A DNA stretch of 60,690 nt, counting the filler, from Sphacelaria rigidula (lineage: Eukaryota), in assembly GCA_964200075.2 (NCBI GenBank). It is 7 parts of 7 records of this genome, joined end to end, with 100 filler letters (N's around TTAATTAATTAA, not from the genome) between each part and the next. Parts side by side here need not be neighbours in the genome. Positions count along the whole stretch, not along the records: positions 17,371 to 25,955 come from CAXNAA020010695.1; positions 26,056 to 34,639 come from CAXNAA020010696.1; positions 34,740 to 43,323 come from CAXNAA020010697.1; 4 more parts are not named here. One strand, 5' to 3'. A program made the position numbers and the translations under genes. Below, one piece after another: positions 22,381 through 34,859 of this stretch (positions within the stretch are counted from its first letter, which is position 1; each line of letters opens with the position of its first letter). Below the pieces are notes generated by a model. The model was not told where the DNA came from, did no database searches, and saw only the letters and a program-made list of their open reading frames with translations.

Positions 22381-23391
22381 GTCGTAAGATACTGTTAACG
22401 AAGTATAGTTTCAGTAAAGGCCACAGCGTGCAGTATATGGTAGGTCTAGTGTAAAAATCTGGCGAAACAGACGTGCCAGCAGCTGATGAATCCGATTATA
22501 CAACTTGGTTGGACGTACGTGTCTCTAGTGACGCAGAAATGCCTTTTTCCACGAGAGATAGCAGCTTGGGCTCGACGATCTCCATCCCCTACTGCTGCCT
22601 TCCTTTTTTAGTGATCTGCTTTAAGGAGGGGCTGTGTTGCATTCTGCCTCGGTCATAAAGGTTCGCGTGAACACCGCCTGGTAGACACAAGCTTGCTCCA
22701 CAGTCACTGTGCATCTACAGCAAGTGTGTCTAGTGAGACAGCAAGCCTGTCTATTACGACAGCACCGCACAACACTAGCCTTATAGTACGTCATCGGTTA
22801 TTCATACGTAAATACACGAAGCAGGGAGATATGGAAAATAAAAACGAACTTGTTTCCATGGGGATTGAGATGTTTTGATTGTGTTCGGAATTGTAGGAAA
22901 ATTCACCCCTCAAACGCACGTTCGAGGTGGCTCTTGGTGTTGAGTGTTTCGACGGCGTTCAAATGGTACGTTTCGAAGTCACCTTCGAGGCAATTGAAGA
23001 CCCCGAAAAACATGTTCCTAACCTCCAGTGCCCCCGAAGGTGTCTTCGAGGCGTACCATTCCCCATGATGCCAAACATCATTGAATAGTTTACCCCAAGT
23101 ATACCCCCCGAAGATGCCTTCGAGACGCACCATTTTTCACATTTCCGAATACCATCGGAAAGAAAACCCTCTCCGTGAAACATTCCGTCCTCATTCCTCA
23201 GAATCCAGCAATACAAGTCAGCGCAAGCGGGGGGGTGTCTCATCGAGGTCGTCACAACAACGGAAGCAAGAAGATCCAGAAATCAGCTTTTCTCTTGAGC
23301 GATTTCAGGTCCGATGGACCTTCACACGTTGTGAAACAGATATTTGAAGAAGGAAAGTATCTGGTACATAATGAAGAGGGGGTAGTGTAAT

Positions 23392-23596
23392 GCGTGAGAG
23401 GACCGCGTGCTTTGAGGACCGCGCCATTCTTCAAAACACTGCAGGCAGGATCGACGTTTTCCAAAACCAACCGCGCCAGTCCCTGCAAGTACTACGCCCC
23501 TGGGACCATAACTCCGACACTGACCCTAATCCTAACCCTAATCGTAGGGGTATTCAAATTCCGATGCGGTCCTCTAAGTACGCGGTCCTCTCACGC
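23392..23596. mobile_element. MITE family M1, second copy (opposite orientation to 779-983)
   Basis: GCGTGAGAGGACCGCGTGCTTTGAGGACCGC ... GCGGTCCTCTAAGTACGCGGTCCTCTCACGC, with internal CCCTAATCCTAACCCTAA. Same 205-bp length as the first copy. Confidence 0.8.
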
Positions 23597-24528
23597 ATTA
23601 CAGATAGCACCCGGCAACAGCAGCAACTACCACCACCGCAAAAACGACTGCTCTCGCATCGGAAGCGAGACCACTAAGACCAACTTCCCCAACAACGACA
23701 ATCGCAGCAGCAGCAGCAGCAGCAGCAACGACCAACACAGCAGCAGCAACAACTATGACGTCAACAGAAATAGCGATTTTAATTTCAACGGTCATCCTGG
23801 ACATCAACATGGATCTTCAAACAACGCAAACACCGTCACAGCTGGGCCAGCAGCATCGGGTGCTACTACACCCCAAACGACTACGTTCAATTAACCATTG
23901 CCCCCTTGGGCAACACGGTAACGATTATAAATCTACCAAACGGTATATGGGTTTCATATTCCTCGCCGAATCATTCGACGACCATTAAACATTGGCTCTT
24001 AATAAACTTTCGAAGCTGGTTGGCAGCGCAGCTTCAGGACATTCTATTGACTATCAGTTGCTGCCCAACACCGAACATGAAATCCTCGAGTCCGTGCAGT
24101 TCGATCTCCCTATGACCACCCTGGCAGCTGGACGCCATCTACTCCATGGCATCGGAAAACGTGTCATCATCGTCACCGATTTCCAGTGCAGTCAGCAATC
24201 TACGTGCCTTCTAGCTGTTATACGGTAGTACCAAGGCGAGGGTGGCACCATTTTTCACCAGGTGAAGCATCGAGGAAGGGGGTAGCAACGTTTGTTTCCC
24301 ATCAGTTCACACGTATATCTTGGAGCTTTCGAACTTTCAATCGAGCAGTAAAAGATGTACAGACCTTGTGCAACGTCTGTAACGTCCAAATTTGAGGTTG
24401 CAGGCACCCCAGTGGCCACCCGTGTGAAAATTCATGAACAGGAGAGCGCAAATCAGAAAAGCGCTTCACCTTTAGCGGGCGGCGAAACTATAACAACAAA
24501 CGAAACAACGCCGTAAACACGGGATTTT

Positions 24529-24945
24529 ACAGATGGGGATGGATTGTTTTTGAGGATGAGAAAGCCGGAGAAATAAATGTCTCGTATCTACACCAAATCT
24601 TCAAAATACTGTTCCACTCCTTCACCTGCTGGTAGTTATTGACAACTCCTACACGCCATACAAATGTGAATTTCGATAACCGACATGTTGGGATCCTGAG
24701 TGAAAAACCCATTTCGGGGGAATCCGACGATCTTATCGGATAAACTCGATTCCGCAGAATTATTTCGACACTCAGGACCCCAACCCGTCGGTTATCAGGA
24801 CTCAAATTTGTATGGCGTGTAGTAGTTGTCGATAGCTACCAGTTGGTGAAGGAAATAACTATATGTCGAAGATTTGGTGTGTATACGAATATTTTGATTC
24901 TCCGGGTTCTCATCCTCAATAAAAAATCCATCGCCAACACAGGTG
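24529..24945. mobile_element. Foldback/MITE with ~165-bp imperfect inverted arms; related termini at 17371-17439 and 43255-43323
   Basis: Nested inverted pairs: TTGAGGATGAGAA / TTCTCATCCTCAA, TACACCAAATCTTC / GAAGATTTGGTGT, CTACACGCCATACAAAT / ATTTGTATGGCGTGTAG, GATAACCGAC / GTCGGTTATC. Confidence 0.82.
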
Positions 24946-25955
24946 GCCACTGGGGGCAGGCTCCAGGACCTTGCAGGCACCTTGCCTCAACCTGCCCAGG
25001 CAAGGTAGGTTATCCGCATTTGGGAACGTGTCATGTTGCGTAAGGTACCCTGCGCAAGGTCTTGTAAGGTCCTGTAAGGTACCTTGCACAATGTCCTGCA
25101 AGGTATCCAGCACAAGGTACGTTGCACAAGGTCCCGAATTTGGACAGGTGTCAACGTGTCCAACCCGTGGGGGTCAATATTATGGTTTCCTTGCAGTTTA
25201 TTATGTCATGTGTGCATCCTGCTTTTGCATTAAGTGATCCTGCCGCTTGAAGGACAGAATACGAACATGCATATGCCCCTTTCCCCCCCCCCCCCCCCAC
25301 CCCCCACCCCCGACGCCCCCGCCCCCCCCCCCCGAACCCTCGAATACTGTCAATAATTCGCAGCCCGTACGAAGACCATTCCGTAGACCCATTGAAACCG
25401 TTGAGAACCGTGGTGTTTGACGCCTCTGCCATATATATATACGTAGTAAACATCGTGACCATCAACCATGAGTTCCATACCCCACACCCCATCTTGATCT
25501 TTGACAGAAGAAAATAAACAAGGAGTGTTATAACCCCTCCCATCCATCTTGATATCGAAGAGGAAAACCCCCCCCCCCCCCCCTCCCCCCCGCCGTCAAC
25601 CCACGAAAACACAAGGGCTACGAAATTGAAATAGAATCTGTGCAATACCAGATGTGTCACGTTTCGGTCCCCTCGCCCTACTACATCCCGGGCAGATGAC
25701 ATGCCTGAATCGAACCCGCGGGAGGGCAGCACGATGAATATTTATGCTGCTCAACCACTACTTGACAACCGTCAATTTCGAAAATATTTCATACCTCGGA
25801 TAACGTAGTACCTAGCAATTTGTGTTAAGTTACTCTCAAGTCAGACCCTAGCTATTGTTGGAAATATGCACAGCCTGGCTGCTTGCATTGTGTGAGTTTT
25901 TACTCTGGCAGCAAATTAGCGGGACAACTAGTTACGGTTCGGGTAGTCGGATAAC

Positions 25956-26055
25956 NNNNNNNNNNNNNNNNNNNNNNNNNNNNNNNNNNNNNNNNNNNNT
26001 TAATTAATTAANNNNNNNNNNNNNNNNNNNNNNNNNNNNNNNNNNNNNNNNNNNN
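25956..26055. other. Artificial contig-joining spacer
   Basis: 44 N + TTAATTAATTAA + 44 N. Confidence 0.98.
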
Positions 26056-26220
26056 GCACAACGTTGTGACAGCTAAGCACGTATCTCATCCGGTACGGGT
26101 CCGTTTGCTCCGTGCGATGGCTTGAACGATAGCTAGAGACTGTGTGAGTGTTTTCCATGTGTTGCTGTGTCCATGCGGGGCTGGTGGGACGGATGCTGAA
26201 CGTTGACGGATGTAAGAGAT

Positions 26221-26310
26221 TACGTCAATGTTTGCGGATGTAACACAGTACGTCAATGTTTGCGGATGTAACACAGTACGTCAATGTTTGCGGATGTAAC
26301 ACAGTGCGTC
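26221..26310. repeat. 28-bp tandem repeat, three perfect units
   Basis: TACGTCAATGTTTGCGGATGTAACACAG x3. Confidence 0.9.
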
Positions 26311-26339
26311 AACATTGACGTAAATAGCAAGACCCTTTA

Positions 26340-28212
26340 TAGAATCCTCTGTTCATTGCCGTTCTCAATAGCTTTGATGAGCCATCCGTCGATAGTCATC
26401 ACCGTTATCGATAGAATAGGTGAGCCATCCATCGATAGTCATCGCCGTTATCAATACATTAGGTGAGGCGTTTATCGATAGCCTCTGCAGCGAACAAAGG
26501 GTTTTGAGCTATCTCCCAATAATCATTGCCGTCGACAATTCGATGTTCAAGGGAGCATCTATCGATAGCCAGTGGCGTCAGCGATAGATTTTGATAAATA
26601 TATGACTTACTGCAGTGGTCTTATGGCACTAACGGCAGTATCCCTCACACATGAACACGCAACTACCTGAGGCGGTAGTTGGCCATACATTCTGTGGAAT
26701 AGCGTAGAAACATCTACCGGCAATATACGAAGTACATAGCTATCGATCGACGCCATCCAGCTCCCGTTTTGGCCAGCAATAGATATTGGTGGCCGCGGTT
26801 CAGATTGCATTGTGATCAGCGATAGACATTGGTGGCCGTAATTTAGATTATATTGTCACCAGCAATGAGCATTGGCGGGCGCCATTTAGATCCTATTGTG
26901 ACCAACAATGTATTGGTGACTGCGTCACAGATCCTTCTCCGATTAGCAATAGACATCGGTGGCCGCAATGCAGAGCATATTGCAAAAAAATAACATGTAT
27001 CGGTAGAAAACGGGGCCACTCCATTGTCACCGCAATGATTCACGATTAGGACGAATCATCACGACTAAGAATCACCAACTCCACGATTGTTTTCAGCCTG
27101 ATTGCCAAAAGGGGGGGGGGAAGTTGATCGCTGGTCCAACGGGTACCCACGCAACTTTTGCGCCATTCCACGTGTCTGGGCTGCGTGTACCTGGGTTGCA
27201 ACGCTGAAAACAAGGCCTAGGGATTGATTAGTACGAGTCGACTCAGATATACTAAAACCAAGTAATTTCCAGACGAATAATTATTTGTCCGACCCTTGCA
27301 ATGATACATCTTGTCCCTTTTCCCGGATCTTTTGTCGCCTACAATAGTTATCGATAGGCAGTAATGCCAGTCGATTATGATTGACCATAAACATTGGCAG
27401 CCAAGTTTTCGAGGCTAATGCACACGAAATGTTCTATTACATACATAGGCTATTGTCCAAGGTATCAGCACATTTGACCCACGCAAAAACGTTCTGCAAG
27501 CACCCATGTCCATTAGAGGGACAAGCCCTGAGGATCAACCCCATACCAACAAGACAAAACTCGTAAACGTTTGTCCAAACATATTGCGGATTCCTACATC
27601 ATACAACCTTTCCAAGCTAGCCTTGCAGAATCGTGACGTCATATTTTCACAAGTAGTGTTATCATATACCCACTGCATCTTCACCTGCGGTTTTTCTACC
27701 GTGCTCTCACAGACTATAATTTGCGCTATTATAGATGGTATGTTGCAATGTAGGTGTGGCAGTAGACGACAGAGGATATCTATCGGTAGGCACTGTATAC
27801 CAGAACAGATTCTGGTATGTATCTATCGATATTCATTGCCGCCCTCAACAGATCTTGTACGCACTCTACCAATAGCCATCACCGTCATCAATAGATTTGG
27901 TACACAATTTATCAATAGCCATCGCCGTCATCAGTATCGTTGACACACTGTATATCGATGGCCATTGCCGTCATCAATATGTTCGGAAAACTATCAATTG
28001 ATATACTTGGTCGGCGGCAGTACTTTCAGGTATTGGGCCACAATAGAAAGTTGCCCGGGCAGTAGTGTGGGAAAGGGGACAACCGATAGACATTGCCAAC
28101 GACAATAATAAGGAAAACTTGTCGATCGATAGCCATTACGGACGACAATACTGGAATCTATTGCGACAGATTCTATTGCTATTGCAATAGATGCCGTCTA
28201 ATGTCCAGGGTG
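26340..28212 (-). mobile_element. Non-autonomous DNA-transposon remnant(s) with arrays of ATCGATAG-containing subterminal repeats, ending ...TGTCCAGGGTG
   Basis: 26340-27045 is an inverted homologue of ~38860-39530 (e.g. CACATGAACACGCAA..CCTGAGGCG / CGCCTCAGG..TTGCGTGTTCATGTG). Many ATCGATAGCCAT(T/C)GCCGTC-like motifs. The terminus matches the CCCTGGACAA family. Confidence 0.65.
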
Positions 28213-28641
28213 TGAAACCTACACGCACACGGGACTGTGCCCTATATTGAAGACCCAATTATCATTGTTCACACTTGAATCAAGTTCGAGTAAATATAAA
28301 GCATGAGTAGATTGCAGTCTGTGACGAAAACACGCCGTTACGTTGAGTTGGTAGTGTTGATATGGATAATGACCGTTGAAAGTGATGGCCTGGATAATAA
28401 CCGGAGTCACTAGGTTGATAACTTGGCGTGTCTAGGCGGGTGCCTTGGAAGGTCACTCCGATAATATGAGATGTTGTAAGGGCTGAAAACTAAATCTGAG
28501 GCCAGTAAGACTGGGGAGTCCCTCAACGGCAGTGATCCAGCAGTCCTTCCACCGGCTGGCGTCACAATATCGATATTAGTGCTAGTGCTAGTGTTAGTGC
28601 TAGAAACCTGCTGGAAAGGATTTCGACGAAAAGGACTGGTA

Positions 28642-29186
28642 CAGTAGTGGGCGGTCTAAGTATTCATTTTGTGGTATTTTTTTATTTTTTCGTAATTGAC
28701 GATTTTCCTGGGCTCTTTTCGCTTGCCAACGCCTATCACACCGGAGATCTGAAGATATTTGTACCCGCTCCACATTCCAAGAAGAAACAATCCTCTGTAC
28801 TCAATATTGAGTGACTTACGGGCTGACCGGCCATCGGGGGTCCTGCCACGTTTCAGCCCAGGTTCTAACTCTTATGTTTTTTTGGTCAATCGAGCCCGTC
28901 CCGATCATATTTGTAAAGTAATGTACAGTATTTTGTTTTTGAAATTTTGCCTGCTCATTGGACTAGGGCCGAAAAACTGTACTTCACGGTCAATAACACC
29001 CTCCCGATGAACGGGGTATTTACATATTTCGCCCGATAACACCAACTTACACTGAATTGGGCACTGTGTTTCGAGAATGACCTGCTTTGTTGTACCCAAA
29101 TCTACCGACGCTAGCAAGTTTTATCGAAGAGTATTACGCGAGGAAAACCCCAAAACACCCCTGAATAGTTAGACCGCCCACTACTG
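28642..29186. mobile_element. Tc1/mariner-type MITE (545 bp) nested in the 5' leader of the Gypsy element
   Basis: TA|CAGTAGTGGGCGGTCTAA ... TTAGACCGCCCACTACTG|TA: perfect 18-bp TIR with TA duplication. Confidence 0.88.
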
Positions 29187-29419
29187 TAGCTGTGTGAACC
29201 TGATAAACCACGGGCGCGTGGAGAGGGTACCTGCTGAGGCAGCTGCAGAAAGGCGTCTGGTCTGTGATTGATCCAGACTGGAGACTTGCTGAAGCTGCCT
29301 GCAGCGGGAGTTTGGAGGCTCCTACGACTGTGTGTTGCGGCGACGAAGCAAGAAAAGTGCAATTCGCGAAGGTCCGCTGGCTTGCAACGGTTTGCAGATA
29401 GCCGGTCAAAGCTGCAGCT

Positions 29420-32400
29420 ATGGTGACACCCGTGGTCATGCGGGAAGAGTTGCGACCTCCCGACTACGGGGATAGGTACTCAGAGAGTGCATATCGCACT
29501 TTTATTACGAAGTACTTTGAGTACAAGAAGCGCGTGAAGCACGCTAACGCAGTGGGTGCTGTGCGGCATCAGGTGGTGCCAATGGCTCAACAACTGCGAA
29601 CTTATGTGCAGAGAGTGCTTGCTCGGTGGGAGCATAAAAAATCACAACCACCCCGCCGCAATTGGTTGCGGGGATCAGAAAGCATGCTGGGCATGCGTCG
29701 GGCACTTGCCACGGTTGTGGCCAGGTCGGCCATTACGCGCACGATTGCCTCACGTCTTCCGATGGAGAGTCTGGGCAGTCTCATGCAGCTCGCCATCAGC
29801 ATCGTCAGCACAAGGGCAGAAGACAAGGTAATCGTGGCGGCGGCGGCGGATCCTCCGGCGGTGGAGGGTCGCAGTCGAGTCCTCAGCAGAAGCCGCAGCA
29901 GCAGCAGGGGCAGCAGGGGCAGCGGAGTCAGCATGGGTCTGGTTCTGGGTCCGATGCCGCTGTAGGTGCTGCTGCTCCGAAACGGGCGGTGCAGGAGGGA
30001 CCGACTTCTACAATATCGAACACTGCCCCGGCGCCGGTGGTGGCGCCGGTGGCGACACCGGCAGTAGCGCCAGGCGAGACGCCTGCTGACACGTTGGTCG
30101 AAGGTTCGCCAAATTCTTGGTCTGCTGGCTGGGGGTCATACCCGCCGGTGGTGCCGTTTGAACGTACCGGAGCGTCTGCGCCTCCGCAGCTTGCGCAGCC
30201 GTGGCGTCAGGTGGGATTAGCGGCGCATCGGGCGACGAATGAAGGGCCAGTGGAGTCTACGCACAACTACGTTCCTGCGGAGCTGTGTCTCCCGAATAAA
30301 CGGGAGCGTGGAGCCATTGCGGTTCAGGCTAAGTGGGATTCTGGCGCCCACTTGACGGGTCAAGTGCGTCTGTCGGTACAGATTGTAGAGATGTTGGACC
30401 GTCGTCTCTCGGGTGTGCCGCTGCGCATTCCGTTTTCATTCGGGGCGCGGCAGGCCATCACCGCGTCGTGTCAGCATCTTTACGTCACAGAGCGTACTGT
30501 TTTACCGCAGCTGACTTTCACGACTTCCTAGGGGCCGGCGCAGTTGCCCCCGATCTGGTTTGCGCTCATGTCGGGGTCGGATGGCGTTACTCTTCTGTGA
30601 TTGCCGATGGTCCAGGACATTGGAGTCAACGATTGTGAGACTCCATGAAGACGCGGATGTCTCCGCCTGGTCCACGCTTGGAGACGCCCGTCCTTCTAGG
30701 CAGTCGTCGCGTGAGCTTGTCGGTGGATGCCTTTCAGGAGGCTGGAGGGCACGTGACCAAGGAGCGGGATACGGCGGTGGAACGCTTAGTAGAGCGCGGC
30801 CCGGAGATGTTAATGATTCTGGCGGAAGAGGAGTCCGCTCGGAAGGTCGCGCTGGAGGAGAGCGTGACGGATGCTGGGGCGACAGGACTCAGCGTCTCAA
30901 AAGCGGAGCGCCTGCGCGGCATATTGCATTGCCGCGTCAACGCGCTTCGTCGTGCGCTGCGGGGTGATTCCCTGCGCGCGTGGAGCCCATGCGTGTTCAG
31001 CTCAAACCTGGGGCGTCCGCAGTGAAGACGAAGCCACGGCGGTACGATCCAGTAAAGTCGAGTTGGTTCGCGTTGTGCATGGCGGCTCTTTCGGCGCTCG
31101 GGTTGGTGTTACGGAATTTGCAGGCGGGGCGATCCAGTCCAGATATGGCGTTCCCGAAGAAGGCTGCATCGTGGACGGAGGGCAGGCTGCAGGCGTGGGC
31201 GGCAGCGAAGGATCTGGTGGCTCATGCCATGACGCTGTTTCATCCTCGTCCTGATTGTCAGGTATTCATCTTTCTGGATGCATCTGAGTGCCATTGGGGC
31301 AGTTTGGTCATGCAGGTGTCTACAGTTGAAATTCAAATTCCTGTGCGCGCTGTGGCTGGGTATGGTCCGTGTCAACCTGATGACTGCATGCCGTCCAAAT
31401 CTGTTGTTCGCCAAGCGCAACAAAAAGACCTTGGGGCCGAAGATGCGGATGTGCAGTCTTTCGAGTCGGACATTGGTACTCCTATCTAGGACAATGATGG
31501 TCTGTTTCGTATGCATGTGCGTGGCCGAAACGTTTTGTGGATTCCGAGTTCTGACAAGTAGTTGCAGGTACGTCTGATGATTTGCGCGCACATGCGCGAC
31601 GCCGGGCATCGTGGTGTGGCTGCGACGCTGGTGCGCTTGCAAGAGTTTTGCATCTAACAGGGGATAAAAACTCATGTGCGCAAATTTGTCCGCCAGTGTC
31701 TTCACTGTGCTGACTCGAGGGCGGGCAATGTTGCTCCCCGCCTGCTCGGCGAAACGGTCCATGGGACCACGCCGAATGAAGTCGTTCATTTTGACTTCTT
31801 GCACGTGGGCGAGAGTGGCCCGCTAGCTTGCCAAGGTTGGTAGGAGGATGCTGGATTTCGATACATTTAGGTAATCATGGATGATTTGAGCAACTTTGTG
31901 GCTCTGGAACCAGTAGCAGTGTGTACTGCTGAATCGACCGCTGCATCTTTGCTGAATTGGTGCAAACCTATCGGGGTGCCGCGTGTGTGGGTGAGTGATA
32001 CCGCCACGCATTTCAAGGATCCGATCTTGGCCCGATTGCGAGAAGTTTTGCGCATTGATCACCATTTTGCGGTGGCGTATTCTCCGTCGTCTAACGGTAC
32101 GTGCGAACGCATGGTCAAGGAAGTAGTTCGTGCTTTTCGCTCTATTCTTCTCGATCAGCGTAAAGCGGTTTCCGAGTAGGTGGACGTGTTGCCGGCGGTG
32201 CAATGGGCGCTCAATACAGCGTATCGTCGTCGTCACGATAGTACGCCGTACCACGTGATGTTTGGTCGTGCTCCTCGGACGTCTTTCTCAGTGCTGGCGT
32301 CTTCGTCGGCGGGGGAATGGAAGTGTGATGTTTTGGACGATGATCAAATAGAGAGTGCATTGCAAGGAGTCTTGGACTTGCAAGAACGTTTCCACGTTCA

Positions 32401-32890
32401 AGTGCAGGAACGTCTTGCCGCTGAACATGTGTGTAGACGTGAGGGGTCCTCGTCGGGGTTGGAATTGCCGAATTTTGAGGTGGGCGGCTATATCTTGTAT
32501 GCACGCGTGCGTCGTCCGGGCGTTACGTTACGCCCAAGTTGATGGCGACGTGGCCTGGCCCATGGAGAGTGGTTGGTGCTCACCACCCGCACGTGTTTGA
32601 GATTCAGAACATTGTTTCGGCTAGTGCTCAGACCGCCCATGTAGCTCGTTTGCGTTTCCGTGCAGACTCGTAGCCTAATGTTACGGCTGACGTTGAGGGC
32701 GTATTCCAGCATGCTTTCAATCAGGGGAAACTTCACATGGCTGATATTGTCCGAGTGTCAAAAGTAGATAATCGTTCGTTGATCGTGTTGGTCGACTGAG
32801 ACCAAGTTGAGGAGCGTACGTGGGCGCCTTTCAAGGACATTTTCGAGGCCGCTCCGGATTTTGTTAAGAACGAATAGCGTAGATTGCGCG
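29420..32890 (+). pseudogene. Gypsy gag-pol pseudogene (zinc knuckle, protease, RT start, RNase H fragment, integrase, probable chromodomain)
   Basis: CHGCGQVGHYAHDC zinc knuckle; WDSGA protease motif; EPMRVQLKPGASAVKTKPRRY (pre-RT); FLDASECHWG (RNase H). Integrase motifs AHMRDAGHRG...CLHC, VVHFDFL, MDDLSNFV, VSDTATHF, YSPSSNGTCERMVKE, STPYHVMFG, GPW. C-terminal LVD*DQVEERTWAPFKDIFEAAP is chromodomain-like. Multiple stops and frameshifts. Confidence 0.9.
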
Positions 32891-33297
32891 TGACTCGTGC
32901 CGTTGCTGCTCGCATTATGAGTGAGTTTCATTCAATTGTGACTTACTCATCGTTCTTGCGTTTTCTATGTGTCGAGCTTATTGATCGATTTTTGTCCAAC
33001 GCGCTTTGGGGGTGCTGTGACGAAAATACGCCGTTACGTTGAGTTGGTAGTGTTGATATGAATAATGACCGTTGGTAGTATGATCTGGATAATGACCGGT
33101 GACACCAGGTTGATACCCTGGCGTGTTTAGGTGGGTGCCTTGGAAGGTCACTCCGATAATATGAGATGTCGTGAAGGCTGACAGCTGAAACTGAGGCCAG
33201 TAAGACTGGAGAGTCCCTCAACCGCAGTGATCCAGTAGTTCTTCCACTGGCTAGCGTCACAAGTCCAACTGGAGGGTAAACTCCCACTGACCCGGGT

Positions 33298-33574
33298 CAC
33301 TTCCGACGAACGAACGAGTCATCCTACGATAGGGGGGTATTTGATTGCACGAAAAAAGAGGCTCATAGGTTTGTCAGACGACCTGCCACACTCGCGGTGC
33401 TTGTATTTGGCTCAAAACGGTGTCGATCGGTTTGAATGAGCGTTGTCATCTGTAACAAGGTCGTTCGAGCAACCGTTGCTGCTTTCAACGTCGATTTGGC
33501 TTGAAATTTCGTGCAAGAAGTGGCCCAAAACAGACCCCCCCTATCGTAGGATGCCTCGAACGTAGTCGAAATTG
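33298..33574. mobile_element. MITE-like element with inverted arms
   Basis: CATCCTACGATAGGGGGGT (33320-33338) / ACCCCCCCTATCGTAGGATG (~33534-33553), extending imperfectly outward. Confidence 0.65.
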
Positions 33575-33957
33575 TTTTTGCTGGGGATTTGTGCTACTTA
33601 GCAACCCATCTTGCACTCTTTTTCGTGTTTGAAGATGCAAGCAGCAAGTTTCGCAACGTTCGCGTGGCAGCCTTCTTGCGCTGACTGCCATGAAGGTTGT
33701 GGTTGCTGCAACCGGGTCGAAACTTGTCTGATCCGCGCTTACTTTCGAAGATAGTTATTGCAGTCGATCATGATGTAGAGCTTGCGAGCCTTGGGGTAAA
33801 CTGCTGCATCATCGTGCTGGTGGGAAGGAGACGCTGATGGCAAGCAGGAAGCGACTCTTCCGCGAGCAATATCCAAACACCGTTGTGCACTGTCCATTCG
33901 TAAATAAGCCAGACTGTTGTTGTTTGACCTTACTTCAGTGTCTAGACAATCATCAAA

Positions 33958-34233
33958 TAACAGTGTTTCCGTGAGGTTGAGAGTAGAGGATACGATTGAG
34001 AGTGAAAATTGGTCAGCTAGTGAATGAATCGTTTCAGTTCCGAAATGCCCCTCCCCGAGACCCAATATGCTTTCCGTAGTAGCTTGCCACTGAGGCCCTT
34101 GATATCCCCGACAAGTATTTTGACGTTTAGTTGTAAGCACACGCCAATGATGAAGGCAAAGAAAAAGACACACGGAATGAAAAGATGGCTACGTTACGGC
34201 GAATCATCAAAGTCACTCTCAATCAGCGCTCTA
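33958..34233 (-). repeat. Dispersed repeat family B (inverted relative to 14815-15090)
   Basis: Reverse-complement homology over ~275 bp. Confidence 0.8.
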
Positions 34234-34436
34234 CTCCCAATCTCACGCAAATGTTGTTAAATGTCAGTCAAACTGTAAACTGAAACCAAGCAGTCTACTA
34301 TCACACTAAATCCAAGTAGTTAATATTCACACTAAGATAAACTAGTCTACAACTACACTAAAGTGAAGTAGTAGTCTACTACCACACTAAATTCAAGTAA
34401 TGAACGTAGACCTACCGCCGTCATCCACCCCACCAC

Positions 34437-34639
34437 ACCCATGAGGCAGTCTATAAGCCGTGGCTGTCTCTGGAAGCGGCGATACCAGAAAGTAAAGCAA
34501 CTCATTGTAGGTTGTCATCCAAATGCAAGACAATCAGTAGACCTTGGGCCGAACAATCTTAGCAGGATGCAGTTCACCGTTCATGTGACTCGCCGAACAC
34601 ACCACGGCTCTTCGCGCTTGGTGATTGACTGCGAGCCTG
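34437..34639 (-). repeat. Family A partial copy at a contig end
   Basis: CCCATGAGGCAG..TATAAGCCGTGGCTGTCTC..GGCGATACCAGAAA..AGCAACTCATTGTAGG..TTCGCGCTTGGTGATTGA is the reverse complement of family A. Confidence 0.85.
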
Positions 34640-34739
34640 NNNNNNNNNNNNNNNNNNNNNNNNNNNNNNNNNNNNNNNNNNNNTTAATTAATTAANNNNN
34701 NNNNNNNNNNNNNNNNNNNNNNNNNNNNNNNNNNNNNNN
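34640..34739. other. Artificial contig-joining spacer
   Basis: 44 N + TTAATTAATTAA + 44 N. Confidence 0.98.
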
Positions 34740-34859
34740 TTCGTCTCCTTTCCTTCCCTCCCCTCCCCTTTTTTTTTTTTTTTTTGGTTGTTTTTTTTGT
34801 TGTTTTTTGTTCTTTTTTTTTTTTTTTTCGTTTTTATTATATGTTCTGTTTTTGCTGCT

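Larger units (their letters stand above)
28320..33261 (+). mobile_element. Ty3/Gypsy LTR retrotransposon, both ends intact but decayed; LTRs 28320-28566 and 33016-33261; TSD AGTC
   Basis: Two ~247-bp direct repeats, each TGTGACG...CGTCACA. AGTC at 28316-28319 and 33262-33265. A short G-run (PPT-like) precedes the 3' LTR. Domain order is gag-PR-(RT)-RH-IN. Confidence 0.95.

Noticed and set aside
23394..23894. 166-aa N/S/Q-rich ORF
   Set aside because: Built from a MITE plus CAG/AAC microsatellite; no domain support.
26221..26310. 28-bp direct repeats as a mini-CRISPR
   Set aside because: The repeats are contiguous with no spacers.
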